A DNA stretch of 64,000 bases from Tubulanus polymorphus (Eukaryota; Animalia; Nemertea). The position numbers were made by a program, and so were the translations under genes. The notes below the pieces were generated by a model. It ran no database searches, was not told the DNA's origin, and saw only the letters and a list, made by a program, of their open reading frames with translations. How positions within the stretch are numbered: position 1 is the stretch's first letter; every line of letters starts with the position of its first letter. Positions 62,971-64,000 of the stretch are shown piece by piece. The stretch covers positions 18,882,150-18,946,149 of the forward strand of contig NC_134026.1 of assembly GCF_964204645.1 (NCBI RefSeq), in the 5' to 3' direction.

Positions 62971-64000
62971 ATTCTTGGGACCAGTGGGAGGTTGTCTGCA
63001 GCAGGCAGCAACCCACTGGTCCGACCTCTTTGGAGACGGTTGGCCCTCCCGGGTCGTCTCTCGTGGCTACCGTCTCCGTTTCCTAAGGCGACCGCGCCTG
63101 ATGAGGTCACCTCCCGACATGCGGCCAAAACCAGGTCAGGAGGCCTTAATCTCTCCGGCTCTCAAGGAACTGGCAGAGAAGGGAGCGATAGAACCAGTTT
63201 GCAACGAAACTTCTCCCGGCTGGTTTTCTCGAATATTCATGGTACCAAAGGCCACAGGGGGTCAACGGACAGTGATAGATCTGTCATCCCTCAATCGGCA
63301 CCTAGACATTCCAAGGTTCCGGATGACCAAGCCCAAGGACGTGATTCAAGGGCTCCGTCCGGGTCAATGGGCGGCTTCATTGGACCTGAAAGATGCTTAC
63401 TTTCAGGTTCCAATTCACCCAAAATCTCGGCGATTTCTCAGGATAAAGTGGAAAGGCCGCCAGTTCCAATTCAGGTCTCTTCCATTTGGCCTCAGTACGG
63501 CCCCGTGGGTTTTCACCAAGTTGGTCAAGTCAGTTCAGAAGGTACTTCAGTCAAGGGGTGTTCAACTGTTCGTTTACCTCGACGACTGGTTAATAGTCGC
63601 GAATTCGGCTCAGGAATGTCGGGAGGCAATGACCTCAGTCTTGGACTTAGTCCATCAGCTAGGGTTCCGCGTAAACAGGGAAAAATCTCAGTTGACGCCG
63701 GCCCAACAGTTCACTTATCTCGGCATGGACTTCGATCTCCGAATCGGCAAAGTCTTTCCGTCTATGGTTCGAGTAGCCAAACTTCAAGAAGCTGTAGCGG
63801 GAGTGTCCACAACCCCGAAAACAGCTCGTTACTGGTCACGGCTTCTAGGCTCCATCAGCTCCATGGGTCTGGTGGTGCCCTTAGACCACCTCAGAAGCAG
63901 GCGCTTGCAACAATATTGGAAGGTCTTCTGGTCTCAGTCGAAGGGCAACTGGGAGGCCTTGATTCCCGTACCTCCAACCGATCTAAGTCCGGATCTTCAG
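62969..64000 (+). CDS. DIRS reverse transcriptase (partial, runs off the window)
   Basis: Frame of codon 62969 (first ATG after the gag stop at 63101): PVGGCL..HW, FSRIFMVPKATGGQRTVIDLSSLN, SLDLKDAYFQVPI, LPFGLSTAPWVFTK, YLDDWLI (63575-63595), LGFRVNREKSQLTP, YLGM. Absent from the ORF track, presumably because it has no stop within the window. Confidence 0.9.

Larger units (their letters stand above)
60410..64000 (+). mobile_element. DIRS1-like tyrosine-recombinase retrotransposon (5' part) in a GCN1 intron
   Basis: Abrupt GC increase; gag-like ORF with Cys/His finger and RS-rich region, followed by an RT with DIRS-type motifs. The 5' boundary is approximate. Confidence 0.88.

Overview
AT-rich, intron-rich eukaryotic DNA, most likely from a bilaterian marine invertebrate (inferred from gene structure and repeat types; the species cannot be determined from sequence alone). 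Three spliced genes were reconstructed by hand, with consistent GT-AG junctions and reading-frame phase. (1) A + strand PAP2-family phospholipid-phosphatase-related gene (CDS ~1997-14268) that lacks both catalytic histidines. (2) The - strand V-ATPase c'' proteolipid gene ATP6V0B (35460-29908, 7 exons, 211 aa). (3) Head-to-head with it, the 5' part of GCN1 (31 exons, 36838-60056, ~1463 codons; it continues past the window). A DIRS-type tyrosine-recombinase retrotransposon with a disrupted gag and an open RT frame fills the last ~3.6 kb, inside a GCN1 intron. Introns and intergenic DNA are dense with non-autonomous elements: Helentron-type HINEs, piggyBac-, Harbinger-, Tc1/pogo- and hAT-like MITEs, SINEs and an L2 fragment. 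Most notable observations: HINE elements carrying 154-bp-periodic arrays of near-consensus CTCF motifs; a foldback element with a 6-bp TSD in the ATP6V0B/GCN1 bidirectional promoter that appears to carry a decayed trypsin-like protease fragment; a DIRS with a 5'UTR spliceosomal intron and a >1 kb dual open reading frame; and several strand-biased structured RNA candidates in introns. All family assignments come from motif recognition by eye; no database search was run.
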